This document shows, one piece after another, positions 29,233 through 43,200 of a DNA stretch of 64,000 nucleotides. Where the stretch lies: assembly GCA_965285935.1 (NCBI GenBank), contig OZ260662.1:37882001-37946000 (forward strand). Reading direction: 5' to 3'. Source of the stretch: Ophelia neglecta. Taxonomy: Eukaryota. The position numbers and the translations under genes are program-made. Under the pieces are notes generated by a model. It ran no database searches. It saw nothing but the letters and a program-made list of their open reading frames with translations, and had not been told where the DNA came from. Numbering within the stretch: the first letter of the stretch is position 1; every line of letters begins with the position of its first letter.

Positions 29233-31210
29233 GATGCATCAAGTTACTATGTGGTTATGCCTGGAGTATCAACTAAAACTGCTAATCAGTGAAATTCATA
29301 TATATTACTATCTATATAGTTCAGAATATGTTCGATTCCATCTGATTCCTTCTAATCCCAGATCACATCACCCGCCTCCTCGATATATGAGACATTCCAC
29401 TAGCCTCATTGAGGCTTAACACTCTTCCTTGCCGCCTCTGCAGACATGTTTGCCTTACAGATTGATAAATTACCAAAGAAAGAGAGCGAGCTCTAATAGA
29501 ACTGTGCACACCAATGCCTTTGTTTAAACATGATCTCTTCTTACGCTGCTACCTTTTCTTTTCCGTTTAACCGGTCATGGTATATTTCTTGAGGATGTTC
29601 TAAACAGTCGACTGCCCGCACAAACATGACCTATTTGATTAGCTCATTCGCAAATAACGCTGGATTGCCGATGACAGTTGGAAATCGCATTATTGACGCC
29701 AGTCTGGCGGCTGCCATGTCAGACCGAGCAGAAAACAAGATCGGTGGCCTCTATTCTGATTAGATAGTTTCAGCTGTCCGTATTTAAATTTGTAGTCTTG
29801 GCTATCTACAAACATTGACCAGAAGCCGCTCCAGATGTGTACAGCAGTTGCAGCGCTAATAAAATGCACGGCTTCCGTTCTAGGGAGACCCCTTTAAGTT
29901 AATTCCTTGTCGCATTCTTACGGGGTGGCAGCTGTTCCATTCTTCCATATTTGGAGACATTTGAATCAATGGTAGTTATATCAAAATATCTTTACCGCCA
30001 CCATGCCAGAAAATATATTTACGAAACATAGAAGCAGAAGTGCAACCTGTAGCGGCAAAAAGAAGTTTAATAACTTAGATTGCATATATAGTCAGAGTAA
30101 AGGACAGTTAAAAGGAGTCTTTTATGGATAGATAACACGAGAATACTTTCTAAATGGATGTTTAGAACATTTATACCTTAAACAATGTGTATAAACGGTA
30201 AACAGAAAATGTTCTAGTAAGTAATACAGTACTGAATTCGAAAGACTGGGCCATTGTTACAGCTACGTGGAACAGGGATCTAAGTCTCATATCGGAGAAA
30301 TTTGTTGTACGATCACGAAGTGGTTATTTTGATATGAACACGCAAGAGACAGTTTGTTAGCCGATAGTTATTAGGAGAGGGATACTATACGAATTTCTAA
30401 ATGGCTGAACATTTGAGTTGACAAAACAATTAAAGTGTTTGTTGGAGAGTTTTTCTTTGAGCTTATGATTAGTCTTATTTAAATAATTCTTTTTCATAGA
30501 GAGTATTTCTATCTAAAATATAACTTGCCATAGTTACAGTGCTGTATATAGCTAAAGAAAGAATCGTGTTTGGTTAGAAATTTCACGCCTGTGTCTGTTC
30601 TGCCTCTCTTTTCAAAATTACTGAGATTTTACCTATAGTTCCTGGAATAGTTACTATTTCAAACAATTTGGATAAGGCCCATCAAGATTAATTTAAGAAT
30701 CAATTAAGACACTATTCCAATTAAGAGGGTTTTAGACTCATTACATTTATCTTGTAATTCAATTAAACATCAGACTGAACAGGACTTATTTATTGTCTAT
30801 TTTGATACTTTTCTACAGCATTCAATGACCTATTTGTTAACGAAAGCCGATTTCAAACATGTATATCACTCATCAAAATCTTCTGGTCTTTCAGGTGGCA
30901 GATGAAGGATTAAATAGGTAGCTACAGTCTGCCTTCTTTCACCCAACACGATTCATACAATACATGTGTGCTCCTTGCCTCCTTTCAACCCGAATGAATT
31001 CATACGGATCAGAATAACATATTTGAGGCAAATAATTCGATTATAATTCGATTGGCAATGGGACAAAGAAATCAGAATAGCACTCTGTTGGCATCTGCAA
31101 AATCATGTAATATGCCGAATGTTTAAGACTGCCTTGATTATTAATCACTGCCATAGTTTCCTGGATAAACTTGCTGGTAGACTGGATTCTACATTTTACC
31201 GCGTTGCCCA

Positions 31211-31251
31211 CATACTAACCCATATGCCTCGGCATACTAACCCATATGCCT
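31211..31251. repeat. Local tandem duplication CATACTAACCCATATGCCT x2
   Basis: Copies at 31211 and 31233. Confidence 0.9.
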
Positions 31252-34200
31252 AGTTCTATAGCTGTCCTTGAACACCTGGACTCAAATGGTATTATCGAGC
31301 ATCAGTGAGCTACTGCCAATTTATATGAGGGTAACGCACGTTACCACCAGGCTTTGAAGCACTTTGAATCATGCAAATCAAAATATTGAAAGTTGGTATA
31401 TCCAAGATTTCCACCGAATCATCGGCGACGTCTTACATTTTGACATCTCCTTAAAAAAATGGGTCATTTTAGGAAGACATTGCTTTGTTTCTATGAGTAA
31501 CTTAATGCATACTGCGCTCTGCGTATATTGACAAAATATCTAACCGTTTCATTACAAAGGTGTGTTCAGTGTAGAAGCCACCCGTCCCTATATAGCCTGC
31601 CCACCCGCAGGCTGGCTGGAAAACAACGGCGGATTTTAATATTAATGGACATCATATGACCGCTGTCAACCATCACATATTAAACTTCCAAGCGTGTTAC
31701 ACAAATTGCTTTTATTTCGTTAAAATGTAGTTAAACGCCCAGTGGGTGCAAAATATGCGTGAAAGTTATGTGTCTCCCCGGATAATGAATACACAATAGA
31801 ATTTTCCTTCAATTTATCACCAATGCACCTTCATTTATGATATTACCGCACAGTATCGGTGTAAACGGAAAGCAGCCCTGAGTCGAGGGACCAAGTTAAT
31901 GTGGAAAGCCAGTTGACCCTTATTTTCAAAGCAGATAAAAACAAATGCTACGTGTTGGAATGCTTTTAGCTACCATGAGAACCAGCTCTGCATGAGAACC
32001 AAGGTTTAAGTATAATTTGAAATAAGGTAAGTAGAGGCCGTACATTGAGGACACATTTCCACGTGACTCCCGGGCTCCGTTGGAGAAGCACGTGTGATAC
32101 CCATGCTTAATGGCGGTAAACAGCTCGCTGTCTGCTGTGTCAATGCCTAGAGCTATAATATATCACAACTCCTTTCCACGGATCAGGATTGCAACAAGAT
32201 GGATTGTGCCAAGAGGACGGATTGAATAATTCAAAAGAGACTTTATCAAGACGTAGCAGTCGAAATTCCCACGGTGATAAATGTCACTAATGTGTTCAAT
32301 TATTAAACTAGTCTAAGCATGAAAAGTAAGGGACACGTGTCCCAAAGCATTTTACGTGATGACAGGAGTGACCTGATTTAATCGGGGCACCAACTTGACT
32401 ATCACTTTCAACAGATGATTTCCAAATTATAGTCAGGTAAAAACTTATTGATAAGCAATTCTAGAAATTACAAAAGATAATATTATAGTTTGGTTTTGGT
32501 AAAAACAATCATAAACGTTAACAGGATAAACTTTAATCAAAAACTTGGAATGATGTGCTTCTAAAAAGGAAAACAACATTGTCAACAGTCTATGAAGCGA
32601 CATTAAAATTTGTGATAATATATTGATAACGTATAGAAACTCGACGTGCAGATATAAAGAATACATATAAGGGATACTATACAGACTGCATTCGAAAAAT
32701 GAATCATCGGTGTGATGATTATTAAATCTGTAAATCTATAAAATATGTAGCAGTCAGTAACAACAAAACTTCTAGGTAGAAAAGAGAATATTCAAACCAT
32801 TGAGCTTAAACTTCACAAATGTGATGAACAGTAATTTAGATAAAAATGAATGCACTAAGAATTCGGATACAAGTAATTGCGCTTATATTATGGGAGTTAC
32901 TTTTTTTCCTATTTTCAAAACTCTTCAAAACGACCTAATTCTGTATGTGTATTCTCCGTCAATTTCTAGCATCGTGGTGTTTGCGACATATTCACCCTTA
33001 TCTTTAGATCAGCAGGAAGTAGAAGTTCATCCCAATACATAGAATCCCAGTCGCAGTTTGACCCAGACCATCCAGATATTCTCAGCCATTTTGTTTTTAA
33101 AAATTTGCATTGGGCTAGCTTGCAACTAATATAAGCCGAGGATGTCAAAATAAATAGAAGCTACAGAAGAATGAAGCCATTGCAGTATTAAAACCAAGCT
33201 ATAATTTGCTCTTTGTATTAACTCCTGGGTAGCCACGGATAACCCGTCTGACTCTGCTAACACTTGTTTGGTTTATATCTTTATTTCGATTTTAAAACGT
33301 AAGAATTGAAAGATCTGATAGAATGACTCCCTCCCCCTGTTCAGTAAATATTTCATTCTTGACAGTGTGATCCTGATGATAGATGACTGCTGCCGACTTG
33401 GTTATAGCCTGTGCTCGCCCCCATGGATTAATCCCAACTTTTCCAGTCCATTGATTCAACTTGCCTTTTAGACGCCAGTTCAGACAGTTTTCTATGTGAA
33501 TCAAGGGTGGTAACTTGTTTAGTGGTAAATTTTCCCCTGACCATAGCTTGCTGCCTGTTAAATCGATGTCACGGTAAGTGAATGTAGTCTTCGTTACCAT
33601 TGACTATGTATAGCTCGAGGGTAACCAAAGAATACACAGACAATAGTGTTCACACAATTCATGTCATTGCAGCCCCCAAGATATTAGTAATATTTACACG
33701 TCCTAATTCAAAGTCAGTATATGCTTTCCCATAGTTGGGCACTTCAATTCAGAAGGAAAGGGTGACTCAACAAATTAACACATCAACAAAACACAAATGG
33801 CGAATACACCTGAAAGAAAGACCCTTCAAGGAGTCAGGCTCGATAGAATTGGTTTATAAAACTCTTTGTTTTGTAGGCACGTAGTCAAATATAACCCTTT
33901 ATGTATAACATTTGTGACCCAGGCACAAACAGTCACTAATCATTTACGATTTTGTTTTTTTTCTTCAAGTAGCTCACAAAACACTACAATATGTACTTAT
34001 TTTCCACTAAAAAGTGAAAAGAAAAGTGAAGACTTACAACTTAAGATTATAAGGCAATGACACAACAGGCTCCGCCCATTGGTACCAGTCTGTTGTAATT
34101 GTACTTGTGTGTACCATAAACCTAATATATTTGACATATGAACATTGTATATGTGTAATTAAGACCAGAATTGTTCAAGGGCAAAGATTAATAGTTAAAG

Positions 34201-37200
34201 CTATTTCAAGCAAAGCAGGGCATGTCCAAAGAATTTTGCATAAATGTGCTCCTACAACCATAGTCTTTCCATAACCATAACAAGGTCACGACATAATAAT
34301 ACACCAACACTTTCGCCAATAAAAATGATGAAGATAGCACAAGACCAAGAGCGAAATATGTTTCCTTGTCTTCGGAGGAGAAGGTAGATAATCCCTCAGA
34401 AACAAGATAAATTTTGTCCCATTTGTACACGTACAATATGGCCTAGAAAACGAAAGAAATACTTTAGATTTGTCCGTGAACTTGTCTGCTGGTGTAAATG
34501 ACTAATTGTAACGAGTATAAGAGAAGATAATCAATTCATTGTTCCCGTTAACTGGCGGACGGAAAAATGAGCCTATCACACTAAGGCTAGTCGAACTTTT
34601 TATTGAAACCTACATATTGACGATGGATACACGGCAGACACAACCGGTTCGTTGATGATGTTGACCACTTAAATCGGCCCAATTTCATAAGCCGTTATAA
34701 ATCTCAGTAAATAACACAATTCCTGCTTTAATCATTAAAACCAGAATACATTCAGAGAAATAAAATGTAGTTGTGAAGCAGGCTGTCCTTGTCAACGTAC
34801 AAAATATTCTTTGTGAGGGTTTATAATTAACAATTAAAAGACACATACACACATTGATAGATAGTGCGGACTGAGATGCTTGGCATCATGACATCGCGGC
34901 CTCATATTCATTAGCAAACAGCCGATAAACATTAATACATTGCAACCTGTTTATTGATACCCGTGAGAAACGAATATGACCAAAATGTGTTTAAGAATTT
35001 AACATTACTTGTCACATATTTTCGGAATAATGGGGCTCCTGTATTATTTATATGTAATCCAGAGAAACTCTGGTAGACGGTCTAGCAAAAGCATACGCTA
35101 GCAAGACGTACAATGCCACCTTAAAAGAAATATATTTCAAAGTTAAATGAATCATTTGCTGTTGTTTTAGATACTCTGTGAAGTCGTATCCTAGAGAAAA
35201 ACACGTCAGTTAATAAACATATGGTTGAACTCAAAGGATCTCCTAGAGACACGTGACTCTTTCTGACTTGATATTTCCTGCTATCATAAAGCTGGCTTGT
35301 AACCTCAGGGCCTGTCTCTAGTACGGATACAGAGAAACCCTGGGCTGTCAGTCCCTTCTTGTCAGTGTCACATGTCCCATTTACCTCTGACAATCACAGT
35401 TGCGTTTTATTGCTTCCTTGAAAACATTGAAGGACGAGACTGGATGACGTTAATCCAATTACAAATGACTGTCGACCTTGGTGTCCAAGTCTGACTGAAG
35501 GCGCACTAAACAGATGCATGTCTGGCGACGTGAATGTACTCCCAGTTATATCAGCTTAGGACCGGTTTAAATTAATAATCCAGTAAGGGCACTTAAACTA
35601 TTTTTTCAATGAGTCATTCATGCCTTGATTATTTATATTTTGCAACTTCGAAGGAATGTGCATTGTTAGGTGAAACATGAAAACCCAAAACCTATCTCAG
35701 CATTGGGCAATTGATTTAGGGGAACTCGGTACAACAGCCGGTCCTTTTTCGTAAACGGCAACCGAATGCCCTCCTAATGGTGGGATAGGATAGTTTTTTG
35801 TGTATGCAGCAACATCCAAAAAACGTCTGAGGCCCTATTCTATTTCCCCCTGATTGTTCGGCGTGACAAATCGACAGAAATCTTCTTTGCCGACCAAGTA
35901 TGAAAATACAATAATTCTTGATGCAATCGACAAATCAATTCTACATCTTGATAAATACTAAGTTGGTTTAAGAAATCTCACATTCGGTCTATTCATTGTT
36001 TCCTCAGCCCAATTGATCAAGCCTGATTGGTTTAGGGGCACAGGGTCACCGTGGGAAGCAATAGACGCTATTCGCCTACATCCTGCGGAAGCGACCCCAA
36101 CTTTCCTCTTTTCTGCTGGAGTACACCCAAAATAAAGTTAATATGACAAAATCAAATTGTACATCCATCACGAGTACAAACCAGTACAGAGACAGCCGTG
36201 GCCAGATTGAGACTTTCACGTTTCCGGTCTTCCCTGTCAGTTAAGACTTTCAGTCCAGAGAAAGTCATTGTTCATTAACGAAATGGTTATATTCTATACT
36301 GATCAGAGCGAATTGCCAGGGACTTACAAGCAACTACTGGACACAAGCCGTGAGCAAGATGATTCAAGGTAAATTTAAACCACGTTTACCTTCAGACATC
36401 GAATAAGCCCAGCTGTCTAAAAAAAAGTGGTAATAACTGTTACCATTCTCAGTCCTCCGGTGATAAAATTACCAGCAAAAGTCAAAGAACATTTATTATA
36501 ATTATGGTACCCTAAATGTCGATTTAATAAGGAAATATTTAATTTCTCGGCATAGTTTGTGTTGAATTGTGGCTCGAAAATGACGACTAGATCGTATCTA
36601 TATGCATCTACTGGCGAAAGTTCCAATATCATTAAACTACCCATTAAAAACATATTAATGTCAAACAACATATCAAGGGAGCACTTCTTCTACGCTCGTA
36701 GTGAAACCAATTAATTTGAGAGTACCACTAGGTGGGCGTGCGAGGTGGTTAGCCAGTCATGATAGTCGTAAGTTTGTACGATGGTGAAAGGTTGCAACAT
36801 TATCCATTGTTTATTATCAGCTCAGAGGTTCACTCGTTTATCACGTTGTAGTAGCTTTTATTCTGAGGAATCAATGCAACAAAAGTGGAGGGCGTGGACA
36901 TATTGGTGAATACTATTTCATTGGTGGACACTCAAATCAATATGCAGGACATAGGTGAAAATGAATTGCAAACTTACCGTAACGGTTTTTCAGAATCTCA
37001 TCCAGAATCAATTGTTAGTGTGTATCCTTAATCCAAAGGAACGCCGAAGGCTATTTGTGCTGGAAAGAAGAACACACAGACTTTAAATCAAGCCTTCCTT
37101 TCTGCTGTCCTCTTGTTCTGGTGATGTCTTGTGACTTGCTAGGTACCTTCTAAGGGAATGGAGGAGACATGGACTACAGGGTAGGGACTTGCGCCAGCGC

Positions 37201-40200
37201 TGTCGCCGCTGAAAATCAATGGAAGGCATTCACTTCGAGTGGGATGCGCGCTGTCGTTTCAACAAGCTATTTAGCCTGTCTTGTTGTATGGGCGAACCCC
37301 GACCTCCCAACGGACTCTCAACGGCAATCGATCCCAATGCTTTCAAACGATGCCACTGTTCCGCTTCAAAACATTTACCTTTCAGTAACCAAAACTCACA
37401 AGCACTCTCCAAAGGGGCAAATTAATCAAAAAAGAACAAGTCAACGGTTTTAAGCTGGCAATAGAGAATACCAAAGCGCTTTTAGCCTCAGGAGTTCTTG
37501 TGTAACTTGTAATGCTAAACAATTCGCATTTACTGTAGCCTATATTACTTCTGGGTCAGTGGCACGGGATATACCGAGCTTCGCCTCACATAGAATGAGA
37601 CCAAGGGACAACGGTCTCCAGCCAGAAATATCATACCTCAAGTGGACCTTTAATATTACTGTTTACATAAGACTAACACTTGTTCTATTGGACTGCCTGG
37701 GGGTTGGGGTGGGGGCAGGTATTTAGGTTTAAGGTTTAACAGTCATGAGTCCAATATTTCTAGTTTAGGCCAATTACACATCAATGAGCATGCTGTTCCA
37801 TAGCCGTCACAGAATGTTAAATTTGTGAGTACATCTGCAGAACCCCTCCCAATGTATACATCGCCTCATATAGAAATGTCTTACTATCTGATTATATAGC
37901 CTTTTCCACGAATTTTTTATTTTTAAGAGTTTGTTTTTAACCATCAAGACTTATCCTCAGGTTCACCTACCTATAAGTGTGCGAGCGACCCATTGTTGCC
38001 CTAAGAGATTGCTTTAAGTTAAACACTTGATTTTCAACAAAATTTACAATATTCAAAACATTGTTTACACTATTTACATCAAAAAGTGGATTATTATTAG
38101 TTCAGTTTGCAAATACGTCTCCCGAAATAATTGCTTCCATTTGCAGTTGTATCGTGCGTAAACAGTTTAGGCATTCTTGTTAAGCCAAAAAAGGTGTCCT
38201 TGTAAATATTGCATGATTATCGGCAGTCTGCATGGATGAATTCACAGTTTAACAGTACACAAATATACTCCCTATCGCACTCAACATACAAATCTTAACC
38301 TCAGTATGTCTGTTTGATCTCACAGTCAAAATGTACAAGATCGTTTTCCGCAATTATTTCCCATCTTCGGAATATTCGCTCATTCACATTCTCATCCAGT
38401 CAAAGCCTACTCCAATATGCAGTCTATTGTCTCCAAATTTCAATACTGTGCTACCTATAAGGTTCTCAGGCTACATCCTCAGTGTCAATTACCATGGAGC
38501 TTTTCCAGCAGGTAGGTCGTCCAGAATGTCTTACGTTTGTATCATGCTGGACTAAATTTGGCTGAGAATCCCCTATACGTTTTACTACGCACTATCAATT
38601 TGTTTTTTCTCTCGCTTGATTTAATTTATTTTTCATATAGTGTTGCTTTCTTCAGACCTTCATTCCCAAAGCTGAGTTGGTTGGTCAGAGTTCAATTCCG
38701 TGTATTTCAAACGTCGTTGGAGGTTTATTGATATCAGTCTCATCGACAAGGACCCAAAAACGGAACAATCCTAGTTTCGCATTTGAACTTATCACAGTTA
38801 GCTCGTCGGTCTGATCAAACATAATTTTGTTTGTGGTTGTCTGTAGATTTTTTTCACAAATACGCATGAAGTGTGTTAATTGTCAATAGGCCAGAAGGAA
38901 TGACCACAATAAGTAAATTCCTGAATACCTTTTAAAATAGGTCTTCATGGGTAATTCTCTTTCTGCGTGTCTATAGATACTGCAGTAGTTAATAGTATTG
39001 TCAAACCCTGCCATTCGCACCGGAAGATTATCACTTTCAACTTGACCAAAGTAGGATTTTAGAAGAATTATCGGACGCGAAACCGTTCACGTACAATCGC
39101 TCGGTCGAGGCTCCTAAAACTGAGATAGTATTTCTGTTCGTCTAATCTCTTGCAGCAAAATCCCTCCATCCTGTCGTACTATGAGCCATTGCATGCATTC
39201 CTCCTGTCCATTTCTTTGTGGCTGAATGAGAGCGTATTGCGCTTCACAATCTTTTGCTTTCTGTGTGGAACATCCCGGATTTATCATAAGACACAGAACA
39301 TCAGCAGAACATAGGTCCTGTTTGTATAGATGAAAATATTCAGTTGAATAAACACATGTAACAGTAAATGTAGACAGAGTTATGGCAAATGACAAACATT
39401 TGCTGTCATTTCATTTTCAACCTAAACTGATGTCAGTTTATGACACTATTTGTTGACAATGAACGACGTCGCCGTTGTTAGCGCTTAAGGCAAAGTATAA
39501 AACAGCGACATGAATAATGGCGTCTTTGACAGCGGCAGACACTTCTCTAGGTAAAATACACTGTTTTCCAGTGTCTGGAAGACATTAAAATAAAAACACC
39601 ATATTAACAAAAAAAAAATGATGCCGAGAGTATTTCTATATAAGTGTCAGCTGTCATAAATCTCGACGCTTTTGCAGCTAGGAAAAATCATTAAAAAATT
39701 AAAATAAACAGTGGCTTGCTGCCGAAGCAATATGCTGATATATGAAACAAGAGGTCTTTTCAAGGGACGTTTGTCCGATCACAGTATTCACTCATTCTTA
39801 AACACGAATTAATGAACTAAATCAATTTTGTGATTTCGACATTTCACTGCTTGGGATATTTTTGAAATGTACAGTCAGTCGAATTCAATTGGTGCCGTTT
39901 TAAAGGTTAAATGTTATACGACATGGTGTCAATACAATTCTAAGCCCGTCAATTCAAGTCTGTGCATTCCACTTTTTTGATTGATTTTCCTGAAAACCAT
40001 CAAGTGGCGTAAAACTATTCCCTAACAAAAAGGTGGATGGCTTCAATAATTCCGTGAATACGTAGCTGAGCGCACTTTGGTGTTACACATGTCTTGCAGC
40101 CGCCCGATATCAAAGTTGAATTCAACTGCGGAGATATATACCTGATTGTGTTTTCTTTTAAAGCTGTCCAGAGCCATTTTAAATCATCCACTATAGAATC

Positions 40201-43200
40201 TGTAATGTCAAATTTGGCGCATTCTACTTTCAAATAGCGGCACATATGTACTTATTTATGTCTTACATTCCACTTTTGTTCTTCTCTAGATGGATCAAAA
40301 AAAAATTCCTAATTTTTTTTTCTTTCTAACCATTGCAAATGATGTAGTTTTTTGTGTAAACCAAGTTAAAATTCGATTTGATTTGCAGATGTTGAAGTGG
40401 AAGTTGAAATTTCCTGGGTCTGTGCTTGACCGAGCCCGACGAATTTGAACCGATTCTCGGTTTAATTAATTAATAGAAATAAACTGTCCGATCAAATTGG
40501 TATATGGTGTCCAAGCTCGCACAAAATATTATTTTTAGCGTTAGTCTCATTGAGGTGTCATCTGATGCCACTTATAATCATAAGCTGGTGTTTCTGTCGT
40601 CTGCTCTGGGTCGTAACCCATCACGGACCTTACCCCGAAAAAAGTCGCGTCTAGTTTCATGTCCTTTTTTAATCAATAAAGCAGGGATGATCGACGCATT
40701 TTGGGCCCATTACACAATATTCTCCTACTTTCAAATCCAATAATGAGAAATCACAGGCCTCCTCTGCATAGGATGGGACGCATGTGCATAAAAAGGTAGT
40801 ATAGACAACCAGCCAGGCAGGGCAAGCGGCCTGGCTACACACAGCTGTAGGATTATCAAGTGCTCATTTCGTTTCGTTTCTTGCCAGGTAAAGTGTGAAT
40901 GAAGAGTGAAGAAAGATTTTATATATGTGCGGCATAACTTACGTTAAATGCCTATATCACACTGCTTAAAGAGACATATTTTTCGAAAGAAACGCTTGTT
41001 ACTGTAGCATTGTATAGCTTGTCTGCCTTACATGAACTGCAGGCGAATTGGTGCGACATTCAAGTCAAACGGTTCCTGGATGGATTTCGCTCGGGTCAAA
41101 TTTCCTGAAATGCTGTATGAGCAGGGAAATGTTGACTTAACCAACTGAGGACGTCTTAAAACTCAACAAACTCATATGACAAACAGAAATAAACGCCTGC
41201 ACCCAAAAAGATACATTTTTATCATATAGAATTAAAAGAGAGAGTTGGCTTGGCTGGCTTTCCCAAAAGTTGTATGAACTAAGGACCAAAGCGAGACTCC
41301 GGAGGCGTTATTGACTAGGCCTGTAGTCTCGTCACGCACAACGGCCATCTCATGCATTGTGACATCGGATAACAACAGAATACGTGTAGTTTTTAAGTTG
41401 TAGTTTAACTTGTCACCTTTAGTTATACATACTCCTAAACTTATTACTGAAATATAGCAAGATATTATTGTTGATCGTGGCTAAACACCTTGCACTCATG
41501 TGGTTCTTTCTACTATATGATCAACAAATTGTTCTCATAGTTAGATGTATTCATTAAGCATGGTCATATTTATTAAAAGTCCTAAGGCATCATCACTGAG
41601 ATATGTATTTTCTTGTGGTAAGTGTTTTAATGTTTCAAGAACAAATTAAAGATAAAGGTTTTGGTAAGCAGATAAATGTGAAGACACGTGCATCGAAGGA
41701 ATATATACCAATAAGTAATATCTTGTTAACTGATTTTTAATTAAACTGGCTACTAATAAAGCTACATATACTTGAAAATTTAGGATGGATCGAGGAGTGT
41801 TGATTATGAAAGAAGGAAATGGAAACCGGAAATGCAAATGTTTTAGGCTTATCCGCTAATATGATAAAAGAATAAAACTTATGGGAATTATAAAATTTAT
41901 TGTCATATTGACAAAAATATATCCTACTGTATTCGCTCGTTTGGAAATGGAGGACAATTATTATAGTATGAAAGGCTCTAAACGAAACTACAACAAGAAA
42001 AAAGCTTTAAATTCGGGCTCTAGGAAAATGCTGGATGTCTTTGATTGCAAATAGCGGTTTTTGCATCGGTGACGCTTATATACATGTAAAAGTAGCATCA
42101 TCCTTTTCAATATATTTAAGAGGACAAAATACAGGTCTTATTTGATATTAAATCAATGCAACCTTATCATATCTGCCTGGAATTGTATGTGAGGGGGAAT
42201 CATTGTTTATTATACGGCATTATGCGAAGTGGTGAGCAAAATAGACGTCCATGTTATTTGCTCTTATTACAGATATTTATCACGTCCTCTTAACTAGCCT
42301 GTCACGGCGACACCCGCTGTCAACGCCCGGAGTGTAAATCTACCGCCCTGTCAAGTAAACTGTAAATAGAAACCAACATCGGAACCACTGTTGGCAGTGT
42401 GAATGACATAATACCTCCAGAAGTCACATTATGGTCTTTTTATTGCGAACCTCTCAGCCAATAGACCTAACACAACTAAGCACTATAGAAACTGAATGTT
42501 AGCTCTCGAATGAATATTAAGGCAAAAGAACCAAAAGTCACTGACTTCGTCGGGAGTAAACGTCAAATGTATTTTTACTTGCTAACTGTTCAGCACTGTT
42601 CAGAGCTGGGAGCAGAACTAAATAATTATCCAAATCACTACATATATTGTCTTTTTCACCGATAGAGATTGTCCAAGCAAAACACATTGTGGTGGTAACA
42701 AATGATTCAGTATTGTCAAGGCATCTATACCAGCTCTCCTTCAACTTACTCCATATTGTTAATATTCTTTTACATCAAAGAAAAAACGTCGCAAATTGTA
42801 CCGTACTTACAGGCGATCGAACCTGCTCTAGATCCTATGTGCATTGTTCCTACTTCGAGGTTCTGAAACAAAATTACAACAAGTCTTAACGTTAGTTCAA
42901 TCGTAGCCAATCTGTTTACCTCCCTATTGGTATGGATTCAGCAAGCATAGGTAAAACCTGCATGTAAATGTCATATGTGTGTGTGGTTGTAAATAGTGGT
43001 CAGCCGAAGCCTTCCTTGTGCAAAATATATGCAAATAAGCGGTTTTGCCCGAAGGAAAAAAATTACGATTAATGCACGGCCAGTTGTAAAATAATGATAG
43101 TAATGCGTCTGCAAAGAAAAACACTGCTTAAGACTTCATCAATTGCCCCACTTGACAGAACATTATATTATATCACAAATTGTTTTTTGAACTTTAATGT

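Noticed and set aside
39060-39310. THAP-like remnant (PGC...QWL) on the minus strand
   Set aside because: The C2CH signature is incomplete.
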